From Camelus dromedarius (lineage: Eukaryota), in contig NC_087437.1 in the NCBI RefSeq assembly GCF_036321535.1, forward strand, positions 14,882,001 through 14,946,000: a DNA stretch of 64,000 nt, in the 5' to 3' direction. Every line of letters begins with the position of its first letter. The stretch's first letter is position 1. A model generated the notes under the pieces. That model made no database searches and was not told the DNA's origin. It worked only from the letters and a program-made list of their open reading frames with translations. A program made the translations under genes and the position numbers. Below, piece after piece: positions 24,149 to 38,009 of this stretch.

Positions 24149-26903
24149 GTGAGTGTGCTCTGGGCGGCGGGGTGGCAGCCCCTCCCTGGGGCCTGTGCCG
24201 GGATAGGGGAGAACTTCAGATCAAGGAACGGCATGAATGGGTGGTGTGGTCCAGGGCTGGACAGACAAGTGGGCGGCTTCACATCTCCTTAGCCAGACTC
24301 CCCTTTCACATCTCCTGCCCCCCCCTTGCTTCTGAGGGGCGTGGCTTGGCCCAAAGGGCAGATCTCAGGGAAATATCCTACTCTTTGTGTCTTTCATCTG
24401 ACTCGGGGAAGGAGCCTGGGTTGCAATGCAAGAGCGGGGTGTAGGTGTGCACATGCGGGGGGTGTGTGTGCCTGTGTTGTTTTCCCATGTAAACTGAATT
24501 GGCTGCTTTCTTAATTGAAAACTTTAGACCAGTGAATCTTCATCTCTCATTTTCATCCTCCTCTTAAATTTTCACGTCAGTCATTTCAGCAACACTCTTG
24601 CCAATACTTAACAGGCTCCTGCCCCCCTGATGTCCTTAGCCATCTGACAGATCCCAGCCCTGCATGAACCCCATCACTGCCATCTCAGCCCTCTGCACTT
24701 AGCAGCTGAACATAGCTGGAGGATGTCACAGCGCAGAGCAGTTCGTTCCATGGAAATGCTCCAGCTGCTGGCCTCAGGGGGCCCCGGAGCTCAGGAGCAC
24801 CCCCACCGTTTCTCTGCTCCACACCCCACACTTCTGAATAATTATCCTAACATCCTAACTGTCCACACACCTCCACCCCACACCCACCTACCACCCTTTC
24901 TCAGCAGATGATCTCATCTGCACCTGCAAGGGACAACTGAAAGTCAAAAAGTTTCCCGTCAACACCCCACCAGCCAAAGCTTGAGGGCTCTGCTGGCCGC
25001 ATCTGCTCAGCCTCCCCCCACAACCAGCCAGCCCTCCCACCAGCACCTGGTGTGGGCCCCTGCCTTGTGCCCCTCCCCAGACCCTCACCCTTGGTGACTG
25101 CTACTTCTTCCTCTGATAGAGCCAACAATTTCTTTCAACATGTAAACGCATCCAGTATCTTTGATCTGTAAAAATCCTCCCGCTCCCAACATTCCCCTCC
25201 AGCCTACTCCTCCCCTTTAAGGCCAGACCTCTTCGAAGCCCGGTCTGAGCCACTCACCTCCTGCTCACGGCTGCTCTCCCCGCCCTTGGGCTCCACAGCA
25301 TCATTCTACACAGAGAGGTCTGCTCAAGGCCATGGGGACCTCTGTGTTGCTCAACCTGTTCCTCCATGACCTCTCCTTCTTCAAATCACCTTAATCCACA
25401 ATCTCCTGGCTCTTGTGAAAACACACTGCTACCCTTTTCCTCCTATCCCTACAAAGTCCCCCTTCCCCAACCTGGTTAATAAATATTTGAGTTGCTTAAA
25501 GCAACTTCTCCTTTACTCTAAATCCAACCCCCAAGCACTCACATCCATGCCTCTAGCCTTGATTACCATCTAAACAAATATTATCTGTGCAAAGCTAGGC
25601 ACATAGCGAGCACTAGATAAATGTTTGCTGCTGTCACAATTATTAATGTTGTGTCTGTAAGTTGATAACTGTCAAGTTTTCCTCCCTAGCACAGATCTCT
25701 CCTTGACCTCCAGACCTGTATATATCGAGCTGCCTGCTTGACACTGTGTAGTCGGATAGCACAAAGGCACATGAAGCTCAGCCTGTACAAAATGGAATGT
25801 GTCATCTCCGTAGGGCTACCTAGCTTGGAGGAGGCCCCCACAGTCCAGCCACAGGCATAGCTGGAAACCAAGCTGTCATCCTCCACACGCCCGTCCATCG
25901 CCAGTGATGCCAGCTTCTCCTCCCTCTACCTGGCCCCTCCCCTTTGTGCTGCTCTGGTCCAAGCTGCCCTCACATCCCCTGGACTCCTGCCTGCTGCCTG
26001 CACCCCAATCTTCCCCGGCTCACCCCACTGCTAGACCCCTGGGCCAGCTTTGTCTAAAGCCCTTCAGAGGCTTCCCATTTCTGTATGGATAAAGAACAGA
26101 TGTACACAAAGGTGCAAAACCGGACCCGGACTCCTCTCACTCACTGGGCCTCTGGGTGGGCCAGGCCCAATGGCCTCCATTAAGCTCTCTGTGCTGTTTG
26201 CCCCACTCCCCCGAAACCCTCGCCCTAGGCCTTTGCAGAAGCTGCTCCCTGTCTGGAAAGCTTGTCCCTTCACCATTCACTTGAGTAATTCCTATTTATT
26301 CTTTATCTGACTCCCCTGTCTACACCGCGTTCCTTTATCTGTAGCCTTGGAACCGTGTTCTTTTCCCCAGAGCACAGTGGAGACACACGAATTCACTGGT
26401 GTGGTTACTTGAGTTGAGACTGTTGCCCGGGGGCTTGGGGTCCAGGAGGGTGGCGCCTGTAAGGTTTCCTCACCACGGTGCCCCGGGCACAAGGCTTGGT
26501 GGCTAGGCCTCTCCGGCCACTTTCTGGCCTTTCAGTCATGGTGGCCGACCTTGAGAAGGACAAGGGCAGCACAGGTCAGGAAGCACGCGGGACAGGTGCA
26601 GCCAGCCAGGACTTCCAATTCTGTCCTCTCTCTTAGTGTTAAATCTGTGTCCACCCTTCCACGCCACTGCCCCGTGCCAGGACTTCTGTGAGTTCACAGA
26701 CCCTTGTCCCAGCTTCAGCCAGTCCCCCTTTACTTTGCTCCAGCTGCAACTTTTTTTTATTCCATAAGATTTTTGTTTCTAATAATATGGTATTAAATAC
26801 CTGAATGTGTCTTTATATCACTCAGGCAATTTTAGGGACAGAATCTGAGTCTTTCTTGCCAACACAGGCTACAAAAGCTGACCTCCTGTGTCCTCCTGTG
26901 CAG

Positions 26904-27045
26904 ATAAATTCTTCAGTCAAAGCTGTGCCCCTGGGTCTGATCCAGAGTCCAGCCTCTGTGCTCTTTGCAGCGGTCACAGTAAGTCAGCCCACAGGTGTGC
27001 TCCCAACAGCCAGGAGGGGTACTACGGCTCCAGTGGGGCACTCAG
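26904..27045 (+). CDS. INHCA: ICA exon 13 ([13 protein letters not shown]...[11 protein letters not shown])
   Basis: cctgtgcag acceptor, gtgagt donor, 142 nt, SCAPG motif. Confidence 0.95.
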
Positions 27046-27362
27046 GTGAGTAGCGTCCGTCCATCCCCTTCCACTTGGGCCCCAGCCCAGTGAACTTCTT
27101 ATCCTCTCAGCTCTTTCATCATCCCGCTGTCTGGGTGCTACATTTAGGAGGAGCCAGAGTTAGGGAACAGACGGAGCTGCAGGTTCCAGGTGGCCCCGAG
27201 GACTGGAACTCTGGGGCAGAGCCAGCTGACCTAGGGCGCCTGGGGAGAGGCAAGAATGACGGACGCAGGGTCTCAACCCCGCTTCTATCTTTGATCCTTT
27301 CTTTTGTGTGTCTGTGAACAGGTCACAGGATCTTTCAGAGACTCAGTTTAAAATAAAAGGAA

Positions 27363-27603
27363 GAGGGATAAATTTGGGAGTTTGAGATTTGCAAACAATA
27401 GCCACTATATATAAAAATAGATAAAAAAACAAATTCCTTTTGTATCGCACAGGGAACTATAGTCACTATCTTGTAATAACCGTTAATGAAAAAGAATATG
27501 GAAACGAATATATGTTATGTATATGCATGACTGGGGCACTGTGCTGCACACCAGAAACTGACACATTGTAACTGACTATACTTCAATTAAAAAAAAAATA
27601 AAA
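27363..27603 (+). mobile_element. Artiodactyl/camelid L1 3' end with poly(A)
   Basis: gggataaatttgggagtttgagatttgc...cttcaattaaaaaaa. Confidence 0.82.
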
Positions 27604-27677
27604 AGAAGGACACTGCACACGTGCTTCTTACACCCAGTGGATGAGTACAGTTTAAGAACAGATATTTCTGGGCTCCT

Positions 27678-28150
27678 TCATCCATTCCAGAAATATTTAT
27701 TGAGCACCTAGTATGTGGCAGGCATTGTTCTAGGCAGAGGGGTTATAGCAGCAATGGGACACACATCTCCTACAACTCCCTGAGTCTCGTGGGGACAGTA
27801 GGATAAAAGTCATAAAGGACAATCACTTCCAAACTGTGATAAAGTGCTACGGAGGTAACAAAGGGTGGGCAGTGACTCAAGGACAATCTTAGCAAAGGTG
27901 ACTAGGGAAGGCCTCAGTATCAGAGGGGCCATGTGAACTGAGGGTTAAGTACTGAGAGGGCATCAGGACTGAGAAAATTGGGAGAAGAGCAATCCAGGAG
28001 GAAGGACCAGAGAGGACAAAGGCAGGGGCTGGGACAGATCATGCTGTGTTTGAGGCCTGAGAGGTGGACATGGGAAGAGGGGACAGTGAGTGGGCAGTGT
28101 GGACACTTTGAGGCACTAGGGCGTGTTGTGTGGATTTGGGCTGTGTGGCT
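27678..28150 (-). mobile_element. L2 3' fragment
   Basis: aaatatttattgagcacctagtatgtggcaggcattgttctaggc signature. Confidence 0.7.
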
Positions 28151-28831
28151 ATGGTGTGGAGATGGCGTGAGCCTCTAGAAATGACCCTTCTATTCATCAC
28201 ACTACCAAACTACCTCGTCCTGTCCTCTCCAGTTTTGTCCCCTTCATAAGCCATACATCAGTGACCTATTTCACAGATCCTGCTACCACAGTATTGCTGA
28301 ACATTAAACCTAGGCTAAAATAGTTTAACTTTACATTGGGAGGTGCATTGATATTAGGATCAATGGCCCCATTTTAGTATGATTATGATAGCGTCACAGA
28401 GGACCTAGAATGCCATCCTCAGAGTTTTGTCCTGAACCACGACTTCCCCTCTTTCCAAAATGAAGGTGAATGATCTTAGCTCCGAACGTCTTATTCTCCC
28501 CATCACTTCCTGCCTGCCTCTCTCTCCCTCTAGCTTCCTGACTCAACAGCCCTTCACTCCCACTGACCTGTGATCTGTTGGTCCTGCAGACTCTTCCCTG
28601 TTCTCACCCCACTTCCTGTCCTCCCCCTCCATACCCAGCACACGTTCCACAGCGAACCGTGATAATTACCCCGCTGTGCACATCTTCAGATGCCTATCCC
28701 CTCCCCCGGCTGAGCCCCGACCTGGGTTAGGTCCAGCCTCCCACTACTCAGCGCTGACACTTCCAGCTGACAGGCCTCCCTGTGAAGTAGTGAGAACCCA
28801 ACTCAGATGAGCCCTCTGTCTCTAGTCCACT

Positions 28832-29378
28832 TGTTACCCCAAAAGGTAAAGACCCCGATTCTTGTCATACACGGAAGACAAGTTTACAGTCAGGACATGG
28901 TTCGTTGTGTAGCGAAAGGTTTTAAACGATTTATTTAAAAAGAAGGGAAAAGTACGCCCCAAGAATGGGAGACGAGCTGATTCAAAGGAGGAAAAAGCCA
29001 CGGTTCTTGTCTCTCTTTTCTCTCATGCCCTTGCTTAGAGGTGGTCTCTTGATTGATTGACAGCTCTTGTCCCTGGAGTGCTGAGTCACGTTTGGCCCCT
29101 TTGCGCATGTCCTTACCCATGGTGTACACAGAAACACCCATGGCAGGGGGCCTAAACCTCATTGTTAATTATAATACAACGAACATTGGGTTGTATCTGG
29201 TTAATTCCTTTCTGCTACCGTGCAGTCGTGGCTGTGGGGTTCTAACCAGTTTCTTGCCACTCATTTATAAGAAGTAAAGCCCCTTTATGCTGGAGGCGGG
29301 TATAATGCCATCATCTGGACCACAGTCCCTCTCTTCCATTTGTCTGCCCAGTGCCCCCACTTATCTCGCTACCTAACA
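28832..29378 (-). mobile_element. Solo ERV LTR, 547 bp, same family as 15734-16267, TSD CACT/CAGT
   Basis: TGTTACCCC...CCTAACA termini; colinear similarity with the first LTR. Confidence 0.88.
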
Positions 29379-29859
29379 CAGTCACCAGCCTCCTCTCCTG
29401 GAAGACCATTCCAAACTCTTTCCTCTCCTCAGTCCTCCAAAACTTCTTCCTCCATCTGTCACACCATTGTTTCCTATTTCACCTGAGAAAATGGAAGCAA
29501 CCAAAAGAGGATGTCCCACCAAAAAGAGAAAGAAAAATGCCATATGATATTGCTTATATGTGGAATCTAAAAAAAAAAAAAGGACACAAACAAATTTATC
29601 TACAAAACAGAAACAGACTCAGACATAGAGAACAAACTTATGGTTACCAGGAGTAAAGGGGGTGGGAAGGGGTAAATTGGGAGTTTGAAAATTGCACCCC
29701 TTGGGGAGTGATGGAGCTGTTAGCTATCTTGATTGTGGAGGTGGTGTCACTGGTGTTACACGTCTATCAAAATTCATCAAAGTGTACATCTGAAATACGT
29801 GTATTTTACTGTATAGGAACCATACCACAATAAAGATGTTAAAAAAAACAACAGTGACA

Positions 29860-31690
29860 AAAAAGAGGATGTCCCACTGCTACGTCTGCCCCTGTGCTGG
29901 CCTCTGTGCCCATCGACACTGCCCTCTGTCCTCTTATTCGGGAAGAGCAGGCTGCCTCCTGGCTGAGCCCAGTCCTGCACCTGCACTAGTCGCCTCCCCT
30001 CCAGTTCGTTTGAGGGCATGGCCCCAGTACTTCCCTCTCTCTCCGGCATCCTCACATCTCATTCTCTCCAGGATGGTTTCCATCAGCATACAAACATGCT
30101 GCTATCTGTTCATCTCAAACATAAAGAAATAGGTAAAACATCTCTTGATCTCACTTTCCAGCAACTTCCCAAGTTGCTTCTTCTCTTTACAATTCCTCGA
30201 AGCAGTGTGTTTTCACATCCTTGCTCATTTCAGTTTTTCTCCTTTCAATCTCCCTAAAACCCAGTTTGAGAATCTGTTCACCTCCCCCACCCCAACCAGT
30301 GGAGCTGGTTTTATTACTGTATTTAAATTACCTACAGAAAACCTTCCTCCTCACTGTTGGCACGTGGGGAGTCTGCTCCCAACACACCTCCCCCTTGGTA
30401 CACCACCACCTGCCACGCAGAGGAAACTGCACTTTTAAATCACTAGTGGCCTCGATGTTGCTAAATAAATCCAAAGATCAGATCATTGGTACCACCCATC
30501 ACTTCCTCCTCTTGCATACATTTTCTTCCTGCGCTTCAGGACACCACACTCTCTTGGATTCCCTCCTCTCTGTCCTGTTACTGCGTCTCAGTCTCTTTGC
30601 TGGTTCTGCCTTGTTCCCCAGCCTCTACCTGTCAGCGTGTCTCAGGGCTTCATCCTTGGTTTTCTCTTTTCATGCCCACACCTGGGTGGTTTTATCTAGT
30701 TTTGATCCATCTATATGCTGACAATTCCCAAATTTACATTCCTGTTCAGCCATCTCTTCAAATCTCCAGGTGGAATGCCAGAGTCATATATCCAACTGCC
30801 TCCTGGGCATCTCCACTTGGATTTCTAATCAGCATCTCAAATTTAAATGTCCCAAACTGAGCTTCTGAAATTTCACACACTCCTACCCAAACCAGTACCT
30901 CCTGTCATCTTCCCCATCTCAGTTAAAGGCAACTCCATTTTTCCTTTTGGAAAAAGCCAAAACCTTGGGGTGCGTATGTTATGTGTCTACTCTTTCTCTC
31001 AGACTCTGTATCTGGGTCATCATCAAATCATGTTGGCCTGCAGAGGGTAGCCAGAATTGACCTCATCACCTTTCTCCACTGTTACCACCTTGATCCAAAC
31101 TACCATCATATCTCCCCAGATTGTAGCCCCGCTAACAGGTTTGTGTCATCTGTCCTATTCCTCCCCAAGCCACAGTCTATTCTGAACACATTAGCAAGAG
31201 TGATTCTGTTAAAATATAAGTCAGAGCATCATATTTCTCTGCTTAAATCCCCCCAGTGATTTCCCATATTACTTAGAGTAAAAGCCAAGGTCCTTCTTTG
31301 ACCTGTATGGCCCCTTTGTGATCTGGGAAGGCGCTGTATGACCTAATTTCCTACCTTTCCCCTTGCTCTCTCTGCTCCAGGCATCTTGGCATCCCAGCTG
31401 TTCCTTGAAGATATCAGGCATGCTCCTGCCTCAGGGCCTTTGCACTTGCTCTTACCCCCATCTGGAGTGCTCTTCCTTCTCATATCATCATGGCTAGGTC
31501 CCTCATCAACTTTAGAATTTTTCAGGGATTTCTTTCCTGGCCACTCTGTAATTTTACACACACACATGCACACACACACACCCCCTCACCAATGTTTCAT
31601 ATCCACCTGTCTTGCTTTATGTTTTCTTTAGCTCTTTTCACTCTCTGGAAAACTATACATCTTCTCAATTTATCTTGATTAATACCTTTT
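29860..31690 (+). mobile_element. Long L2 fragment
   Basis: Pyrimidine-rich L2 ORF2/3' signatures (ctatatgctgacaattcccaaatttacat; tccacttggatttctaatcagcatctcaaa; cctcagggcctttgcacttgct); boundaries approximate. Confidence 0.7.
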
Positions 31691-33252
31691 TTCTTTAATA
31701 AAATGAATAAGGGCTTTGGTTGCAAGTGAAAAAAACCTCACGTGAACCAACTTAATCCAAGGGGATGTTTTAACAGGTGTGTGGGAGCCCCCCCCCCCCC
31801 GAGGACCCAGCCAAGATGCTTTAAGGCAAGAGTCACCAGGTAAAATTCAGGCCATCCAGTTAAATTAGAATTCCAGATAAACGATGAATGAGTTTTTAGC
31901 ATAAGGGGACACACTCTGCTTCCCCTGTCTCTCTTCTTTCTGCACATCTGCCTCACTTCTCTTTTCCTACATGGTGGGTTTCTGTTTCTCAGTCTACATG
32001 GAGGAAAAAGTCTGTGACCAGCAGTCCCGATATTGTTCCAGCTCCTCAGTTATAAAGAAGCAGTCAAACACAGACCATAATGTCCCGGCCCCCAGGAAAC
32101 GGGATTGTCAGCCAAGTTCAGGTGAAACTTCCTGCTTGTCCAGCTCATGCAGTGAAGTTGCATTGTTAACGTCTAGCTTCCTCCACTGTGATCAGGTGAA
32201 TTGAAGGGAATGTGGAGGGGGAGTCAGTTCTCAAAAAAGTATGAAAATTTGGTAGACCAAATAAGAACCAAAAATTTATAAATAAAATTCTACAGAGGCA
32301 ATTTTGTTTTCCTAGATATAAAAAATCACATTATAACAATTATCTTCTTCATATGTTGTTATGACAATTAAATTTTACGACAGCCATCACAGTAAGTGCT
32401 CAATAAATGTTGGCTGCTAATATTATTTTCTTTCTTATGTTCAGTTCCTACATAAAGCTTAGTATGTAAAATCTAAAAAAAAAAAATCACATTTTAATAC
32501 TATATAGTATTGTGATACTGTGATCAGTCCGGGCTGGTTTATGTGAATGACAAATCAATCAATGGAAAAGAAACACCTTCCAATACAAACCCATGGACAG
32601 ACTAGATTTGGTCTATAGCAAAGATGAAATTTCGTATCACTGGGAAAGGATGAACTTGAGAGATCAAGTAAAACGAGGACGGCGCACTGGCCCCTGCATC
32701 TGGTGACTCCGGCAGGAACCGATTCAATAGTGAGTCAGTCCCATAAGATGACTGGCAAGGGTCAGAGAGGGTTGTGTGCAGGGGTGCTGATGGTTAGTGC
32801 TATGATCTTTTTAGGTGCTTGGATGAGTCGAGGAGAGAGGCCCATGGCTGAGGGCAGTGTGAGACCAAGGCAGGGCTTATTGTTTGTTTGTTTTAAAAAG
32901 AAGTGTGCATGTGGATGGAAAGAGCACAGTGCAAAGGGTTATAAAGGACAGAGGATAACTACAGTGGGAAGTGCCTGAGGGGGGCAGGGTGGGATGCAGG
33001 GCACCTGGGGAGGAGGCCTTCCCCCCTCCTTTGTACCTGGAGGGCAGGAGAAGAGTGCTGGAGACTTGGGCTGCAGGATGTGGCAGAAGGATGCTGAAAT
33101 GAGCCCATGTGATGATTTCTGTGTTTCCTCTGGGATGCGGGCGCACACGTCAGAGTGAAGGTTGGGAAGGGTATGTGGAGAGACAGGTTTGCGGGAAGTG
33201 GGAAAACGTTTTGAAGTCACTGCTCTATGGAGCAGGGAGGGGAGTGTCTCAG

Positions 33253-33531
33253 CAGTGGTCTCACACTTGAGCACCAATCAGAATCTCCCAGAGGCCTTGT
33301 TAAGACAGAGATTCTGTACCCCACCCCCAGAGTTCCTGAGCCAGTAGTAGGTCTGGGGTGGGAGCTGAGAATGTGCATTTTTTTTAATTCTTTTTTTTTT
33401 TTATTGAAGTGTAGTCGATTTCCAATGTTAGTATCATGGGTACAGCAAAGCAACTTAGTAGAATATACATTTCTAGCGAGTTCCCCACGGTGCTGATGCT
33501 GGAAGTCCAGCCTACGCTTTGAGAACCACGG
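33253..33531. mobile_element. MER5A-like hAT MITE interrupted by a short antisense L1 3' end (about 33381-33459)
   Basis: CAGTGGTCTCA...TGAGAACCACGG termini; the insert is flanked by agaatgtgcattt / agaatatacattt. Confidence 0.8.
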
Positions 33532-33879
33532 GTCTGGAATAGAGCAGGAACCACAAGAATGCCCAGGTGACGTTAATGATCGGGAAGGTCAGGTCTGCCT
33601 TACTGCTGAGGTGCAGACACACCTGAGGCAGGTGATCATGCTCATTCAGGACTGAGAGTCTTTGGATGGGGGAGTAAAGCAAAGAAATAGGGCAAGTCTA
33701 TGTAGGAAGATTGATTGGGAGTAATTGATCCTAGCTGAGAATAGAGAGACCTGAAGACTGGAGAGACAACTGGAGAGGTGCTCCTGAAAATTAATGATTA
33801 ATATCAATTTCGAACTGACTGAATATCACAAAACTGATTTCTCAGTGTGCTCAACATTTCCCATAAAGAATATACCTTA

Positions 33880-34214
33880 GATTCCACATGAGTGTATCAT
33901 ATGGTATTATATTCTTCTCCTTCTGGCTTACTTCACTTAGAATGATGATCTCCAGGTCTATCCATGTTGCTGCAAATGGCATTATTTTATTCCTTTTTAT
34001 GGCTGAGTAGATTTTCAAATATTAACTAGTGTATATAAATAGACAAACAACAAGTTTCTTCTGTATAGCCCAGGTAACTATATTCAATATCTTGTAGTAA
34101 CCTATAATGAAAAAGAATATGAAAATGAATATATGTATGTATATGTATGACTGAGACAGTATGCTATATACTGGAAATTGACACATTGTAAGCTGACTGT
34201 ACTTGAACAACACA
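33880..34214. mobile_element. 5'-inverted (twin-primed) truncated L1
   Basis: 33880-34010 is antisense L1 and 34010-34214 is the sense 3' end; TSD aatatacctta / aatgcacctta. Confidence 0.8.
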
Positions 34215-34410
34215 AATGCACCTTAAACACAGAGAAACTTTTTTGGGGGGATTACGTGTGGACAGATACCTAGTGATGTACGTTAACGTGTATTAAGGCT
34301 GAGTAGCTGTATGTGTGTGATGACTCCTTCAGAATCACATCTTCCATGCTGATTTTAATCTCTGATGTGAGTTTCTATCTAACTGAGAATCATCCTTGAA
34401 TATCTCTGTT

Positions 34411-34560
34411 TTTTGTTTGTTTGCTTTGTTTTGGGGTGGGACGGAGGTTATTAGGTTTACTTATTTATTTACTTTTTTTAGAGAGGATACATGGGGACTG
34501 AACCCAGGACCTCATGCATGCTGAGCATGTGCTCTACCATTTGAGCTGTACCCTCTCCCC
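34411..34560 (-). mobile_element. Vic-1-like SINE with TSD
   Basis: Minus-strand pol III boxes; flanks aatatctctgtt / agtatccctgtt. Confidence 0.85.
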
Positions 34561-34851
34561 AGTATCCCTGTTAACACGAGAGCACGAGCATCTCCTGTGG
34601 AGAAATTGATCTGCATTTAAAATAAGGAAGCAAACAGTGGGTATCTACAGTAGAAACAAAACAAGCAGATTTCTTTTCCTATTACATTTCCCCTCGAGTT
34701 CCCAGGGACAGCCAGGCACGACAGTTGTGTGTGGGGGAGTAAGCGGTCCGTGTCAGACATGCCGAGTGGCCCGGGGAGAGGGGACGCGAGCCTCCCGCTC
34801 TCCCTCCCACTCCTGTCGGCCCTCCTTGCTGACCTGACCCTCGCCGTGCAG

Positions 34852-34916
34852 GTGTTTGGTGGAGAAGGGAGACGTGGCCTTTGTGAAGCACTCCACGGTC
34901 CTGCAGAACACTGACG
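34852..34916 (+). CDS. INHCA: ICA exon 14 ([21 protein letters not shown])
   Basis: gtgcag acceptor, gtgagt donor, 65 nt, GDVAFVKH motif. Confidence 0.95.
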
Positions 34917-35580
34917 GTGAGTGCCGGCGCTGCCCCATCCTCCCTCGGAAACCTCCGAGTCTGTCCTGGAAAATCACTCCCCAGGTGGCAACGGGGGAAG
35001 TTTATTAGCCCCATCAGACTCCAGTGACTTTGGTCCTAATGTCTTTTATTTAGGGAATGAGAAAATTCTTACATCTGGTCAGACTGGGCAGGGTTGGTTA
35101 TCACATTGGCCTTGAACCCAACCAACAGATACACGGAGGCCACTGTCCATATGAGCACGTTTGCTCTCTTGATTTTAGGCATTCTGTATATTCTGGATAC
35201 CAGTTTTTGTCAGCTGTATGTATTGCAAATATCTCATCCCTCTCTGAAAAGGCATGTCTTTTCACTTTCTTAATGATGTCTTTTGAAGAACATTCTTAAT
35301 TTTAAAATAGTTCAATTGCTCAGTCTTTTCCTTTCCAGCTAGTGCTTTTCAGGCCTGTTGAAGAAATCTTTGCCTTCAACGGGACTGAAAAAGCACTAAC
35401 CAAAAAGGTTATGAGTTTATGAGTTTATGAATGTTTCTCTTCTGTTTTGTTCTAAAAGCTTTATTGTTTCATTTGTCTCCGTAATTCTCCCAGACACTGG
35501 TGTTCGGTCACATGCACCCAGTGAGGGTACTTTGACCACAGCCATCAGCTTTGGCCCATCCGCCTCCTCTTTCTCCCCAG

Positions 35581-35765
35581 GAAAGAACCCCGAGGCCTGG
35601 GCAAAGGGTCTGAAGAAGGAGGACTTTCAACTGCTGTGTCTTGATGGCACCAGAAAGCCTGTGACTGAGGCCCAGAACTGCCACCTGGCCATAGTCCCAA
35701 GTCATGCTGTGGTCTCAAGGAAAGATAAGGCAGATTTTGTCCGCAGAATGCTATTCAACCAACAG
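35581..35765 (+). CDS. INHCA: ICA exon 15 ([12 protein letters not shown]...[12 protein letters not shown]...FNQQ)
   Basis: ttctccccag acceptor, gtatgt donor, 185 nt, [11 protein letters not shown] motif. Confidence 0.96.
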
Positions 35766-37035
35766 GTATGTGCCTTCAGTCCTCATCCTCCAAATACTCA
35801 GTTCACTTGCAAAGTTGCACACACACACACACCCCCCACCAAGCCCGGCCACATGTGCTCTCTCCCTGGGCAGGGGGCCTTCCTCCCTGAGTGGGGGTCC
35901 TGCGTCTGCTGAAAGTGGAAGGCTGGTGGCTGTGTTCACTTCTTGCTCTGGGGCTGTCTAGAATATCACAGAAGACTGGAAGAGTCTCAGACACGTAGGC
36001 ATCACCACGCCTCCCTGAGACTCGCTCGGATCTCTGAGCAGAGCCAGGGTACCTCTTGGGCTTGTTCTGTCACAGGAGTAAGGGAGTTGGCTCAATCCCT
36101 TCACACTAGGCTGGGCGCATGCGAGAAAGGCAGAACGGAGGGTCCTCTGCCTGACCTAGGGAGGGTCCCAGTGTGTTTCCTGAACTGGCCAGGCTGAGCA
36201 CTGTTTTGGGCTTCATGAAAGTTGAAGAGCCAACATTTGGGCAGCTTCTGACCTCTGCAGGCAGCCTTCAAGGGCTGATTGTATGGAATAGAGGCTGCCT
36301 GGATCAGATGATCTCAGGGAAAACCCAAAGGCTCTTCTGCATTTCACACTAGCACACCCCGTTCCTGGAGGAGCCCCAAATGAGGAATCCATATCTTAGC
36401 ATATGCGCACATCTCGGTTAAAGAATGATGACCCAGTGAGAGCTGGCAAAACAGGAAGCACTTGGTCGTGGACTTTTGAAGGGGTGGGGCCCACACAGGG
36501 CGAGCTGCCACCTTGGTACAAGGGAAGTGGACGAAAGAAGAGAGGGGAGAGGCAGGAAGAGACGGCAGTGGTCAGTGCCTGGGGCGGATCCAGGGAATAG
36601 AAGAGGCAAAGTAGCGAGGGGTGCACACAGCAGGGAGACCTGCAAGCACGACCAAGAGAGCTGAAAGCATCCGGCAGTGGTGGATGGATAGTGATACGGC
36701 GGCAAACGTGGTGCTCTTTCTATGTAGCCATCACTTTACACAGATCATCTCACTAATTCGTGTAATTATCTCCATTTACAAATGGGTAAACTGAGGCTCA
36801 CTGAGCTCAGTCAAGAATTTTCCTAAAGTCATACGACAGGAAAAGCTCGGGCCAGGATTTGAACCCAGAGGCCATGCTTCTGGCCATTTGACTACAGTGC
36901 CTCGTACATGTCGCTGTGTCCCAGGTTTCCCAGGGACTCAGGGCAGCCCAGCAGGCTCAGGGCTTCTGAGGCAGAGCACACAACCCCATGCTGCCCGGGG
37001 CCGCTGGTCACTCACTGTCTGTCTGTCTGATCCAG

Positions 37036-37222
37036 GAGCTCTTTGGAAGAAATGGGTTTGAATACAGGATGTTCCAGCTGTTCAAGTCCCCAAACAAGGA
37101 CCTGCTCTTCAGTGATGACACGGAATGTTTGGCTAAACTTCAGGACAAAACAACTTATCAAAAATACTTAGGGCCAGAGTATCTTCAGGTTATTGCTAAC
37201 ATGAGACAGTGCTTACCCTCCG
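37036..37222 (+). CDS. INHCA: ICA exon 16 (ELFGRNGFEYRMFQLF...ANMRQCLPS)
   Basis: gatccag acceptor, gtgagt donor, 187 nt, KDLLFSDDTECL motif. Confidence 0.95.
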
Positions 37223-38009
37223 GTGAGTAGAATAAATAGAGGAGCAATAAAGTCGGGGTCCAGTAAGCATGTTTGTATTAAGGATGACCTGTGCCAAGTC
37301 CTGGGCCAGTATGAATAGGAACACAAGGATTTGGAGGGCTTGCTCCTGGCTTACCAAGCATGCAACTCAATTAGGCAACAGAATAGGACTACCTGGAAAA
37401 AAGCCAAGTTGTCTGAAGAAGACAGAGTACAACAGAACTTGAGATCATCTGGGAATTGAACTTGCTAACATATGTATTTCTATTTTTCGGCTGAGAGAAT
37501 GAAAATGTATGCGTGTGAGCACTTCGGTATAGGGAGAAGGCTGGAAAGGACAGATAAATACCACTCATAAAGGACCAACTTTCAAAGATTTTAGGTAAAA
37601 TGTATAAATAATATTAATAGAAACAAAGCATTGCTAGCATTAAGTAGGCCATTTCTACATATGCACACTAAGTAGGTCGTTCCTCTCTATTTCTGTACAT
37701 GATAGAAACAGCATAGCTGCCTCAAAAGGAAATAAGTTGGAGAAATAAAATTAGAGCTGAAAAAACCAAATTATTGTGAGTGTGCCTGAAACTTTGTTAA
37801 ATTATATCATGCATTAGAGATGATGAGAGAGGAGGAAAGGAAAACAGATGTTTAAGGTTAGCACTGACATCAGTTAGTGGGGGAAGAGAGAGAGAGTTTT
37901 AAAAAAAATCTTTATTATCTACCATTTACTTTTAGAAAATAGGAACAGAATTGTGTTTAATAAGCACAGGCAGTACCTGATGGTCTTCCTCTTATGTTTC
38001 ATCTCACAG

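Noticed and set aside
26976..26984. Cryptic donor ACA|GTAAGT inside exon 13 as the true exon end
   Set aside because: It would remove conserved Cys and the YYG motif and put exon 14 out of phase; the donor at 27046 fits.
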